The position numbers were made by a program, and so were the translations under genes. A stretch of 64,000 nucleotides of DNA, taken from NCBI RefSeq assembly GCF_006345805.1, contig NC_043000.1:125550001-125614000 (forward strand), written 5' to 3'. Source of the DNA: Octopus sinensis (taxonomy: Eukaryota). Shown here piece by piece: positions 52,772 to 64,000 of this stretch. The notes under the pieces are model-generated. The model was not told the DNA's origin. It saw only the letters and a list, made by a program, of their open reading frames with translations, and made no database searches. Within the stretch, counting starts at the first letter, position 1, and each line of letters starts with the position of its first letter.

Positions 52772-54994
52772 ATTGTAGTATTTTATATATAAAAATATGA
52801 ATGGTAAATCAAATTAATACTCTTATCGATGTTCACATACATTCACATACTTCCCTTGTACATGCGCACACATATACTCACACAGAATTGAAACACTGAT
52901 TTTTCTTCTCAGTGTTGAATGTTTATCATGCCACCAGTTTGCTATCACCCTTTCCTTCTTTATTCATCGATCACCCCTTCCTTTCTCATTCATGTGTTGT
53001 GACGGAGAAAAACACAAGAGTATTATTATAGTAGATCCTAAGTTTATTAGACAAACTCATTTCTCTCTTTGGGGAAATTCCCAGAAATTTGTAATTAAAG
53101 ACCGTCACTTAATTCTGATTTTTGTTGTTGTCTGGCTCCCAGTTTGGCCCTAATTGATCAGAGGTATGATTAAAGAAGATTCAACCACGACCATCCCATC
53201 TTTCATTATTTTGGAATTCTCTGAATCTTCTAGAGTTTCATCTATAGTAACTAGGTCATCAACAAGTTCCTATGGCCTGAAGTCTCTGATAAGCAGATAG
53301 GGCTCAGAACTGAACCCCGATGGACTACAACCTACACACTAAATTCCTTTCTGAACTCCTGCCTTGCTAACAGTTTCTCTGGCCATGGTTTGCACACCTC
53401 TCATGCTATTCAACTAATATTAGTTTTTTGAGTGACCACCATACTACTGAACATGAAACCCAACTTGATCAGGTTGATAAATGTTAGGTATAATGACTAA
53501 CCCTTAGTTAAATACCTCTAATGTAGTTGTTTCACTAGGAAATTGCAGAAGTACATCTCATTTCCATTAAGTCTGTTCTTGATAAATAGCATTGCAGTTC
53601 TTTCACTACACTTTATAACCTGGCCCAAAAATTTAGAATGTCTTTCTAGAGCATCCCCTTTGCTCTTGTAGTAGTTGCTACTGCTATGTCAGTCATTGGT
53701 TATGACATACTTGATTGACTGGCTATGCATATTGACTAACTGTCGATCTAGATGCCTGCCCTGCTATATCCTTAATTGCAGTTGCAACTGTGAAAAAGAA
53801 AAACTTGCAACTGGTCTTTCAGCTGTCTGTATTTCATCTCTAGATTTCTTCTCTTTTTATTTTGAAAGAAAATAACTTTTTTTTATAAATAATTTTCTGT
53901 GTATTTATAAATCAAATTGATAACTTCAACAACAAATACTTTTCTGACATTAACTTTAAAATGCTCTTGTTTAAATTTATCCTAAATATACTCTCCATTT
54001 TTGGTAGTTCTATCTTGGGATTAGAAATTATACTATAGAAAGCTTTGAATGTTTAATTCAAAAAATAACGTGACTCTGTCTCCAGGGTAGATCTTTTAAT
54101 ATATTTCTCCTGTTGAAACTGTTTTCTTAATCTGTGAGGGGAAAAGATAATTTATCGGTAAGTTCATGTCTAATCATATTTGTGGTCGAAAATCTTCTTC
54201 CTTACATCTTAGTTATCTAAATTATTGTAATTTGCTTTACTGAAAGGTTTTATACAAACCTATTTATTTATATTTAGCTGTAGTTTATAGAAACTAGAAT
54301 AGCTTTGCATTTGTATATATATTGAGGAAAATGGTTGATGAAACCACTAATGCCGTATAGTATTTAATGTTATAAAGTATAAAAAGCCATTTGCTGATGA
54401 ATCATGTCACCAATCTTGTCTGGTTGAAAATATAAGTTTATGCTACTGAGTAGAACGTCTAGCCAACTCTTAGATATATAGGAGGTGTGTGTTTGTGTGT
54501 TTCTAGAAAAATCTCTTGATGCTTTGTTGGCTGAAAGCCTACTAATGTGTTGCCAGTTTATGATTTACATTGCAGCATTCAATTCCAAGACATCATCGAA
54601 CACCAGGCTATAATTCTTATCAAGTTAACTCCCATACATTTTCAGTGGTGTTTTGATCATGTTGACTTTTAATATATTAGGCTAGCTTTCTGATAGACTT
54701 GGCCTGTGTTTACTGATTACAGAATAACTGTTGGTCGAAAGCCAGATTATTTTTTCATTAGGTTGCGAATACTTGTAACTATGCCATATTTGGAAAACCC
54801 GCATCATAAAATAGATTTAACATAAAATAGAAAAAGATCCAAACACGGATCAGATATCTCTTCCTGTTGATTCTTAATAATTTAAAGTTGATTATTTTAC
54901 AAAGTTAATATTTTTACATATTGTTTAATATTTATTAAAATAAATTTTCTGTAGATGATTAATGACTTATGCAATCACAACATAATCATGTGCA

Positions 54995-55200
54995 TTGTTG
55001 TTGCTGGTGCTTAGCTTTGGTTAAGTAGACTTATGATCAAAGGCATTCCAGTTGTGGCCATCTCACCTTTGTTTTAGATGTAATGTAACTAGGACCATTG
55101 TATGCAATGAGTCCCCCTTTTTTTTTTAAGACAGTGAGCTATGATTTTGCAGATATTGGTTGCTATTTCCTGTAGATCAACCAGGTAGAGTGAGGTCTTC
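54995..55200 (-). mobile_element. SINE-like family D
   Basis: Reverse complement matches 1845-2045. Confidence 0.5.
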
Positions 55201-55802
55201 GTTAACTTAACCTGTATAATTATACAGTTAAGCATGGGTTAGTATTCTTAATGTAGTGAATCTAAACAAATGTTTAATCAACTGAAATTATACACTTGCA
55301 ATGAGAATAAAGTCATTAATGTTAATGCTAATGACTAGTCTTGTCAATAAGAGCAAAGGGGGGAGAACTTTGAAGTTTAAATTGATTAAAAACTAAATAG
55401 AGACATGCAGTAAAAAGTAAGTCTGATTTTTGGTGCTGATATAGTGTAGTGCATATTGCTTTGCTGTAGCACAGTAGCAAGAGGTTCAATGTAAATGAAG
55501 TTTTACCTACTTTTAAGATGATAGTCAAATTTATGAGAACATGTATTTGTTGAACAATTTTTTTTATGGCACTGAGCCAATTTTCTAAAAAGTATTTATC
55601 ACAAATTTGCAATTTTATAGCAATTTTGTGATAAATATTCCATTTCCTTTTTAAATTTATTTTTATTGGCTTTAGCAAAACTAAATCTGTAACTGTGGTC
55701 AATATACTATGTTAAAATTAATTATAGTCATATACTATGCTGGAGCTACAGATATCAGTTTTCTATATTTGGTAAATAATCTATGAGGAAAATATTTTTT
55801 AA

Positions 55803-55965
55803 ATAGACACAGGCATGGCTCTGTGGTAAGAAGCTTTCTTCATAACCACATGGTTGGTTCCAGGTTCAGTCCCACTGCATGGCACTTTGGGCAAGTGACT
55901 TCTACCATAGCCGCAGGGCGAACAAAGTCTTGTGACTGGATTTCAAAATTGAAAGAAGCCTGTTT

Positions 55966-56022
<57 letters not shown>

Positions 56023-56200
56023 TTATCTTTGTATCTGTGTTTGTCTCCCACCACTGCTTGACAAAAGGTGTTTGTGGGTTTAAATTTCTATAACTTAACA
56101 GTTCAGCAAAAGTACTGGGTTCAACTCATTTGACTAAGAATTCTTCAAGGTGATGCCCCAGCATAGCCACAGTCTATTGAATGAAACATATAAAAGATAT
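55803..56200 (+). mobile_element. SINE family A, degenerate
   Basis: Head GGCATGGCTCTGTGGTAAG...CAGGTTCAGTCCC, (TA)n, and tail. Confidence 0.8.
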
Positions 56201-56744
56201 TCATTTACTTTGAAAATAGCCAAAAATGGCCATATGTGTCTGTCTGTTTGTGCATGCATAAATTTGTTATGTATATGTGCAGATCTGTGTGTGTGTGTGT
56301 GTGTGTGTAAATTGATATTTAAGTATATGTTCGTGAGTGTATGTATGAGAATTCAAATTCAACCAGAAATAAATCTTTTGAAAAGCTGATGCTGATGCAA
56401 GCATTGAAGGCAGTTCTTTATCAATTACAATGGTGTGAATGATTCAAGCCACACACAAATGAATTGAAAATGTAATTGCATGTTGTCTTCATCTGTAATT
56501 AAATCTCACTGTACATATAACTTGTAATAAAGAATTATGTTGTACAAATACACTAAACGAACACATTGAAAGTCTGTAAAAAACACAGAACACTGAAAGA
56601 AAACACTTTATTGCCATGAATATAAGAATATAAACACTAATTATTCTTGGCAGCACATGTGCTTCAGTGCTGTAAAGTTTTTTAGTGATTCGAGTACAAA
56701 CTTTTAAACTAAATGTCATATAATATTTTATTTTTATACTTAGC

Positions 56745-56997
56745 TATCTCCTTGTCTTGACATAGTGTGATAATTGTAAACGAGTATCACCGTCATACAA
56801 GTGGTACTGTTTGTTTCCAATCTTCCATGAAAACATGTCTGGCCATGTGGAAATATTATGTTGCTTGGGAAAAGATGAGGGTTAGCAGCAGGAAGGACAT
56901 GTGGCTGTAGAAAATCTGCCTCAATGAACTCCGTCTGACCCAGGCAATCATGGAAAAGTGGATGATAAAATACCAATGATGATGATGATGATGATGA
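56745..56997 (+). mobile_element. Retroposon family C subtype (as at 2234-2490)
   Basis: AAAACATGTCTGGCCA...TGAGGGTTAGCAGCAGGAAGGACATGTGGCTGTAGAAAATCTGCCTCA...(GAT)n. Confidence 0.75.
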
Positions 56998-57134
56998 AAG
57001 ATTGGTAACTATTGTTGATCATTATGGTAATGAAAAGCAGTAGTTAATGGAGATGCCTCTGAATAAAAGGAAGATATCCCTTTACCTATATTGTGAACTA
57101 AATATATTAGAATAACAAGGGAATTGTTTGAATC

Positions 57135-57560
57135 CATCATCATAATCATTTAACATCCGCTTTTCATGCTGGCATGGGTTGGACAGTTTGACTGTGGACT
57201 GGCAAGCCAGGAGGCTGCACCAGGCTCCAATCTGATTTGGCAAGGTTTCTACAGCTGGATGCCCTTTCTAATGCCAACCACTCCAAGAGTGTAGTGGGTG
57301 CTTTTTATGTGCCACTTGGACTGGGGCCAGTCAGGCAGTACTGGCATCAGCCTCGCTCAAATGGTGCTTTTTATGTGTCACCAGCATGAGAGCTAGTCAG
57401 CTGGCATGGGCATTGGCAATGACAATGGTTACACTTGACTCAACAGGTCTCCTCAAGCATAGTTTGTTGCCCAATGATTGAAGGGTACTCTTAAATGGGC
57501 CAGTTATGCAACACTGGCATAGGCCATGGTTACAATCTCACTTGGTTTGCCAGGTCTTCT
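57135..57560 (-). mobile_element. Retroposon family C
   Basis: Reverse complement of 25144-25406, extending further 5'. Confidence 0.85.
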
Positions 57561-58279
57561 AGAGTTTATTCATTTCCAAAATAATGTCCAAAAAATCTTT
57601 TAGATTACATTTGATATCAACTGTGTTTGTTATTCTAAATAACTTTACTAGTGTGTTCTAAAACAATCTGGATTCTAATTATTCATGTTGTGTGAGAATA
57701 TTTAACCATCATCTCTATTAAAACCCCTTGCAAGATAGAATATTTTATATAAAGGAGATACCTTATAAATTCCAATAGCTCTACATACTTCAACCCCTTT
57801 GTGAAACACTATGAAGAAATTAAACTGTTTGTTTCCATTTTTAAAAATCCTGATTAACTTATCAAAATCTAGAAGCAATTTCCTTGTGCGCATAATGATC
57901 TTAATATCAGATATATTTACTAGTGCTTCTCATTTTCGAATGAGATTCTTTGTAATAGTGGTTTCACAGATAAAATACAATCTACTACTCTCACTAATAT
58001 TCTCGAGCATTGAAAGGAGGCAAAGAAATTCTTCTGTGATAATAGAACACACTTATACCACTTTGTGCAGCAAGAATACACAACTGTACATCCATATGCA
58101 TACACAACTGCACACGCACACATATCTGCCTTATCATGATGCACACATTCATTTATTGGATATTCTGCTTTATAAGTGATGTCAGGAATACTTAAATTTA
58201 GCTTTGAATGTGTGACTTGTTGTTGTTGTTATATGTTATATTAATGAATATGGATGCTGTCTTTAGATTTGGTAACAAT

Positions 58280-58470
58280 AAGTCTCCTCAAACCTCTTAC
58301 ATTATACAGGATTGCACTTTTCTGCAGGTCAACAGTGTGTGTCTCAACTCCAATATCATACATTCTCTCAGGTAGAAGTCTGGCTATTGTACCAAGAACA
58401 CCAATTATCACAGGAATAATTGTTTTAGTCTTCTACAGTCACATCACCCTGGCTAGGTCCTTCTATTTCT
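58280..58470 (-). pseudogene. Old R4/Dong-type RLE-LINE C-terminal fragment
   Basis: Minus strand K*KDLARVM*L*KTKTIIPVIIGVLGTI...DLQKSAILYNVRGLRR. Confidence 0.65.
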
Positions 58471-58509
58471 TAGTTGTTTTTTTTTCCAATTTTTATTATT
58501 ATTATTTTC

Positions 58510-58960
58510 CTTCTTTCTTCAAATTTTCTTCCATTTCTTGCTGAGTATATTCCGTACACTTAGGGCAGAGAAGCTCATTGTATGCATTCTCAGATTACAC
58601 ACACAAATTCACAAGTAAAATATGTGTTTAAAAAAATTAATAAATAAATAAATTCATGAATGGATGTTGTTCTCACAGCGATAATGCTCTTCTCAGTACA
58701 TGAGTTGTTCCAGTTAATACAATTTTTTGCACTTCCTGTAGGGATGGTATGCCTGGTATCATTTTCAAATAGGTTTCAGTACCTTTTTTTATCATTCCTA
58801 GAGATCCTACAATCACTGGTACTGTAGTCGCCTTAAGATGCCATATTTTTTCAATTTCTATTAGCATGTCTATATTTACTGATCTTGTCAAATTCTTTCG
58901 CTGCTATATTGTGATCGCAAGGAATACTCTTGTCAATTAATAAACACACCTTTTTTGTCT
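58510..58960 (-). pseudogene. R4/Dong-type RLE-LINE 3' end (restriction-like endonuclease C-terminus plus 3' UTR)
   Basis: CLLIDKSIPCDHNIAAKEFDKISKY(frameshift)DMLIEIEKIWHLKATTVPVIVGSLGMIKK...QKIVLTGTTHVLRRAL. The 3' end abuts (TAA)n. Confidence 0.85.
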
Positions 58961-59260
58961 GAGAGAGTAGTACATGCCATCAAAGGGACACTGGAGTAAA
59001 ATATATGAAGCCCAGTTTACTCATCATGACTACCTATCTGATAAGGTTACACCAGGCACATGCATCACAACATGGTGATCTCGTATTAAGGTAAACAGTG
59101 CATAACCATGCAGGTGGGGCCCAGTTAGAATTTCTTTTGGGTTGAATAGCCTATCCCACTCAGAAGGTCCTTGAATAAGAGTTGCTTAAGGATGTTGAAT
59201 GAAACACCCATGTTTCCAGGTGAGTTATTCAAATCCCAAAGAATTCCTCTCAACACATTG
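58961..59260. mobile_element. Unclassified repeat-like block fused to the RLE-LINE fragment
   Basis: GC-richer block between the LINE truncation point and (TTA)n. No second copy in the window. Confidence 0.3.
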
Positions 59261-59271
59261 CTATTATTATT

Positions 59272-59763
59272 AGAGCGGTGAGCTGGCAGAATCTTCAGCA
59301 CACTGGATGAAATACTTAGCAGTATTTCGTCTGCCACTATGTTCTGAGTTCAAATTCCACTGAGGTAGACTTCCAACCTTTTAGGGTTGATAAAATAAGT
59401 ACCAGTTGCATACTGTGGTTGATGTAATCAACTCATCTCCTCCCACAAAATTGCTGCCCTTGTGGCAAAATTTGTAATTATTATTATTATTATTATTGTT
59501 ATTATTGTTATTATTATTATTATTATTATTGTTATTATTATAATTAAGGCAGTGAGTTGGCAGAATTATTAGCATACTGGATGAAATGCTTAGTGGTATT
59601 TTGCCCGTCGCTACATTCTGAGTTCAAATTCCATCTAGGTCAGCTTTGCCATTCGTCCTTTCAGAGTCAATAAATTAAGTACAGGTGAAACACTGGGGTC
59701 GATATAATCAACTTAATCCCTTCCCCCATGTTTGAGGTCTTGTGCTTCCAGTAGAAAGGATTA

Positions 59764-59794
<31 letters not shown>

Positions 59795-59868
59795 TATTAT
59801 TATTAAGGCAGTTCACTGGCAGAATTGTTAGTGTCTTGGACAAAAGATTTAGCAGCATTTCTTCCAAA
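59272..59868 (+). mobile_element. Three head-to-tail SINE B copies separated by (TTA)n
   Basis: Heads G(A/G)C(G/A)GT...TGGCAGAAT at about 59272, 59547 and 59806. Confidence 0.85.
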
Positions 59869-61116
59869 CTTCTTATTGATTCATTTTGTTTCCCTTTTTA
59901 CCCCTGATGAGAAGATTGCATTGTTTTACATCATTTTATTCCTTATAGAATAATACCAATGTTTTATTCAAAACATATGTCAGAAGTATAAAGATTTGAT
60001 TAACACCTGCGTTTAACTCCATCTATTTATTGAGCAATGTTATGTAAAAACATTTCACCAAAACCTGGAATTTCTACCTTTATAAGTAGGCTGTTACATC
60101 CTTGGTACTTGTGTGAATTTTTGCTACCCTGGTAACTATTTATATATTTTACCTGTGTAAACATTGAAAAAATACACACGCACACATATATACACACGCA
60201 CACATATATATAAATAAACAGTCACACTTAAAAAAGAAGGAAGTGGGCTGTGACAAAGTATAGAAAACCATGTTCGTTATAGTCTGTGCTACTCTTACAT
60301 ATAAATGTATACATATGCACACACAGAGTTGAAGCACTGATTTTTTTATCACCTTTTTGCACCCTTTTCATATATAAAATAGTACAATTAGCCCAACATT
60401 TTCAATGATACAGGGGTCAGCTAGTAATAATGATAATACTGCAAAGCAATGGGTAGTTATAGATGTTCTTACTGTTACTGTTAATGCTTGTAAGTTTAGC
60501 TAGTTGAGCTCTTTCTAAGTGATCACAAATGGCTTTATTATAAATGTCTTTAGAAACTTTAGATTATTCCGATGTCAACTTGTAATCTGCTATAACATGA
60601 ACAGTAGAGAGTAACATTTGAAGAATTTCATTTCAACAGACTATTATAAATTCAAAGCTGCACCCTGCTAACTCTCTATGCACACTTGTGCAGCTGCTTG
60701 CCTTAAAATGTCAATCATTGAGTGGAAACGAACCTATATATCAACAAGATTTATCTTTCCTAACACCACCACCACCAGCAGCAGCAGCTTTCTCTGCATC
60801 AAAATGAATCTGTCTGCCAACATCTAACATGAGATGAAACCGCTGAAAATACAGCGAGGTACTAAAAGGATAGCAGAAATAACAAGCACGTCAGGTATCT
60901 CTCAGGTATGAACAGGTTGGAGAGAGAAGGAAGAAATAGCTACCAGTTTGATCTATCAGACCGAGAACCTCTCTATACTGTCACTCAACTGTACAACTGT
61001 ATGACACAAACAAACTGTATGTGATGTTAACATACACCTACAACTCTGTCACACAACATCATACAACACACAAACATTTATTGACTATTAACCTTATTTA
61101 TAAATGATCTTATTAA

Positions 61117-61337
61117 CCCTTTGGTGTTTGCATTATTCTGCCAAAATTAATCCTTTTTCATCCACATTGTTTTGAACTAATCAGGCATTATCTTGTAGCT
61201 CTGAGATTTTGATGAGGTAGCTGTTAACTTTTAAAACGATATTGTAGGGTTGGTGTGTGAGACCAGATCTGGCCACTTTGACCATAAAGCAGGCAGAATA
61301 CTTTTGGCCGGATATGGCCGGTTTAATTGCTAAAGGG
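61117..61337. mobile_element. piggyBac-type MITE P1, complete
   Basis: TTAA|CCCTTT...AAAGGG|TTAA (61113-61116, 61338-61341). Confidence 0.9.
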
Positions 61338-61770
61338 TTAAATACTTAAAATTAACTGAATGTGTCCATGAGAGTGAGAGACAACCAAAAATTGTAAATG
61401 TTCTTATTTGTTACTGTTAGTACTCATTAATAAAGAAAGGTTCTTCTCTCTTTCTCCTTTGCAAACACAAGAAATGGGGTGTAAAAAGATATCTTGAGAA
61501 AATTCTGTTACACAGAAGGTGGTTTACTGGGTGACGAGTCACGTGAAGTGAGCTTTAAAATTGGAGATGAGGGAATGAAATCTTAATATTTTCTGTCACT
61601 TTCTCACATTAATATGAAAATTCAGGATTAATATAAGTTTATATAGCAATTAACGAATGACAAAAGCATAAGAGTTATGTAATTAACTTCATTAGCTTAC
61701 AGCTGTTTCTGCTGTACGAAACAGTGTGCTTAGAGCTGAATGCTTGTGCAACATTCTATAACTTCATGTA

Positions 61771-62175
61771 CATTTTCCTAACATCAAGGGAGGCCTATAC
61801 AGGGACAACGCTTTATTAGTTACCAAAAGCATAAATAAATCCTCCTTAGAAAGAACTAGAAAGGATCTACATAAATTCTTCTCTAACCTAAACCTATATA
61901 TCACATTCGAAAATGCTCACAATACTGCTATCTTTCTTGACGCAACCTTAAACTTGTCAACCTCCCAATACTCCCCTTACCATAAACCTAACCAATATCT
62001 TAAATACCTTAACATCCACTCCAATCACCACAAATCCACTTTCGATAACATAATCAAAGGCATCTCAACCCGCATATCCGATTTCTCTTCACTGAGGAAA
62101 TTTACAATAATCATGCACCATATTATAATCAAGCACTCGCCGCTTGCAGCTTTTCCCAACAAATAGAATACATCC
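61771..62175 (+). pseudogene. Penelope-like element (Neptune-type) reverse transcriptase fragment, 5'-truncated
   Basis: GGLYRDNAL (YRDD motif mutated)...ITFE...IFLDATLNL...YSPYHKPN..LKYLNIHSNHH...ISTRISDFSS(frameshift)EEIYNNHAPYYNQAL. Confidence 0.9.
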
Positions 62176-63659
62176 ATAACACCAGGCTCAAACAATACAT
62201 ATCTCAAATCACATCCCAAACACGCACCAACCATCACGATCACAACCAACCACATACACTTGTCAATGGAACCCTAGAAGGTCTTATACCTAGGCAACCT
62301 AGACCCCCACATATGTTCATATAACACTAGGTCAAAAAAGAAAACAACTAAAATAGGTAACAACAACAGGCTTCACCACCCACATACCTTCTCCAAGAAT
62401 ATAGATAGCACTCCTTTATCTAAAAACTTAGATAGCACTACTCCCAGACCCCCTAAAAACAGCAGCGGATGCTCTATTCTATACCTAAATGGCCATACAG
62501 TATATTTCCACAACATCCCTTAGGTAATCCTAATAACCTTATAAATCCCTAATTCCTCACTCATACTTGAGTATCACAAACATCTAATTATATTTGTGTG
62601 TATACATGCGTGCATTCATATGTACGTGTATATGTATGTGTGTGTATGCCTGTATATATGTATGTATATATTTATGCAAGGTATGTATATCTGCATATAC
62701 AGGGGCAATAATACATACAGATACACGTATATATGGGTGTGCATGTGTACATATACACATGAGTACGAGTTGTATATGTTGATATTGATATCTATAAATA
62801 TCTGTATAGGTAAATAAATACATGTCTAATATATACATATATATTTTCTTCTACTACTAAGCACTGACCTGTCCAACCACCTAATCTATATTCCTAAATT
62901 CTTCATTCCATACTACTACCCCTCTCTCTGCCCCATCACTTAGACTGTATCACTACATAACTGACACTCCTTTACTTTTTATACCTCTCTCTATCATCCC
63001 ACATTTCTTCTATCTTTTTACACTCTAATACCTATCTCTCTCTATCACCCTCATCTCCCCATTCCTACTTTCAAATTATTTTGACTGGTCACTAACTGCT
63101 AAACTTTCCCTTATTATCTCTCTCCTTGTTTTTCTTTTTTTCCTTTTCTTTATTTCTCTCTTCCTGTTTTTTTCTCTTTATTCCTCTATTCTTCACATAA
63201 GGGACATTAGCCATTTGAATGTAGCTAGGGACAGGGCAGGGCGGTGGGGGTGTTACTGATGCATTTAGCCCCAGGCGATCATCAACGTCACCAGATAGGC
63301 TGACACCATCACGGTGTCCTCTATCCTGCAAAGGGAGATCATTCCCCGAAGAAGCGGATGCCACATACGGACCCAGGTTTCAGACCTTACAAATACATTC
63401 CCTACTTTTAGGTCACTCTAAATAAAACCCTTGATTTAATAGCATTGTGTACAAACTCTATACTTGGAATGACCAATTTTAGATACTATTGGATTTTACT
63501 CACAAGGCATTTGAATCTTATATGTATACCATTCTGCTTAAATAATAGATCTACAAATGTAATATCCCTGCATATCTCACATCTATTTTCTTTCCTTCAC
63601 TTCACTTTCTATTTTGTATCTTATCTAAATTAACTATTGCTTAACCATCTTCTCACACC

Positions 63660-63707
63660 GTCTCCGATGAAGGGATATAATAAATATCCTGGAAACAGCA
63701 GTAAGAC
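63660..63707 (+). ncRNA. Minimal type I hammerhead ribozyme (PLE-associated)
   Basis: Stem I GTCT/AGAC, core CCGATGA, stem II GGGATAT-AATAA-ATATCCT, GAAAC, tiny stem III loop AGCA, cleavage triplet GTA. Confidence 0.75.
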
Positions 63708-63769
63708 CTATTTATAAATATTCTAAAATCTTCACAGCCTTGGTTTTTTATCTTATTCTGAAAAAAAAT

Positions 63770-63805
63770 TATATATACATATATATGTATATGTATGTAT
63801 GCATA

Positions 63806-63853
<48 letters not shown>

Positions 63854-63878
63854 TATATATAATTATATATATATATAT
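63770..63878. repeat. (TA)/(TATG)/(TG) microsatellite
   Basis: Directly visible. Confidence 0.95.
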
Positions 63879-64000
63879 CAAAATTAATAAAAACATCTGT
63901 TTGCAATGTTATGCCATAAAAGAAAAGTATAGTCATTAAGGAAACTTGACTAAGGGTGTGAATAACACCTACATTGCTAGCAATAGAAGCTAAAATGCTA

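Larger units (their letters stand above)
61771..63770 (+). mobile_element. Penelope-like retroelement, internally deleted, with 3' pLTR-like region
   Basis: RT fragment, low-complexity linker, pyrimidine-rich tract and terminal hammerhead. No GIY-YIG domain seen. Confidence 0.65.

Noticed and set aside
63092-63364. 90-aa minus-strand ORF with Lys/Glu-rich tail
   Set aside because: Antisense reading of the PLE pyrimidine tract and GC block, with no splice or homology support.

Overview
AT-rich, microsatellite-rich eukaryotic DNA with no intact protein-coding ORF. The repeat landscape points by inference to a coleoid cephalopod, probably Octopus. The window looks like intron(s) of a large gene, probably on the + strand. 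One convincing 31-nt internal exon (42267-42297) and a few weaker exon candidates are present. Most other recognisable sequence is mobile DNA: at least five SINE-like families, decayed RTE LINEs, R4/Dong-type RLE-LINE 3' ends, a Penelope-like element (PLE) with RT and a minimal hammerhead ribozyme, TTAA piggyBac-type MITEs, a hAT MITE and a Helitron-like fragment, often nested. Nearly all listed ORFs are microsatellite or repeat artefacts. The most interesting signals are RNA-structural: a near-perfect 34/35-nt inverted pair 2 kb apart (27008-27041 / 29046-29080) enclosing a pre-miRNA-like hairpin (28797-28860), a 300-bp palindrome (9660-9960), the PLE hammerhead (63660-63707) and fold-back SINE pairs. 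Family labels A-E are my own. All alignments were done by eye, and boundaries of decayed repeats are approximate.
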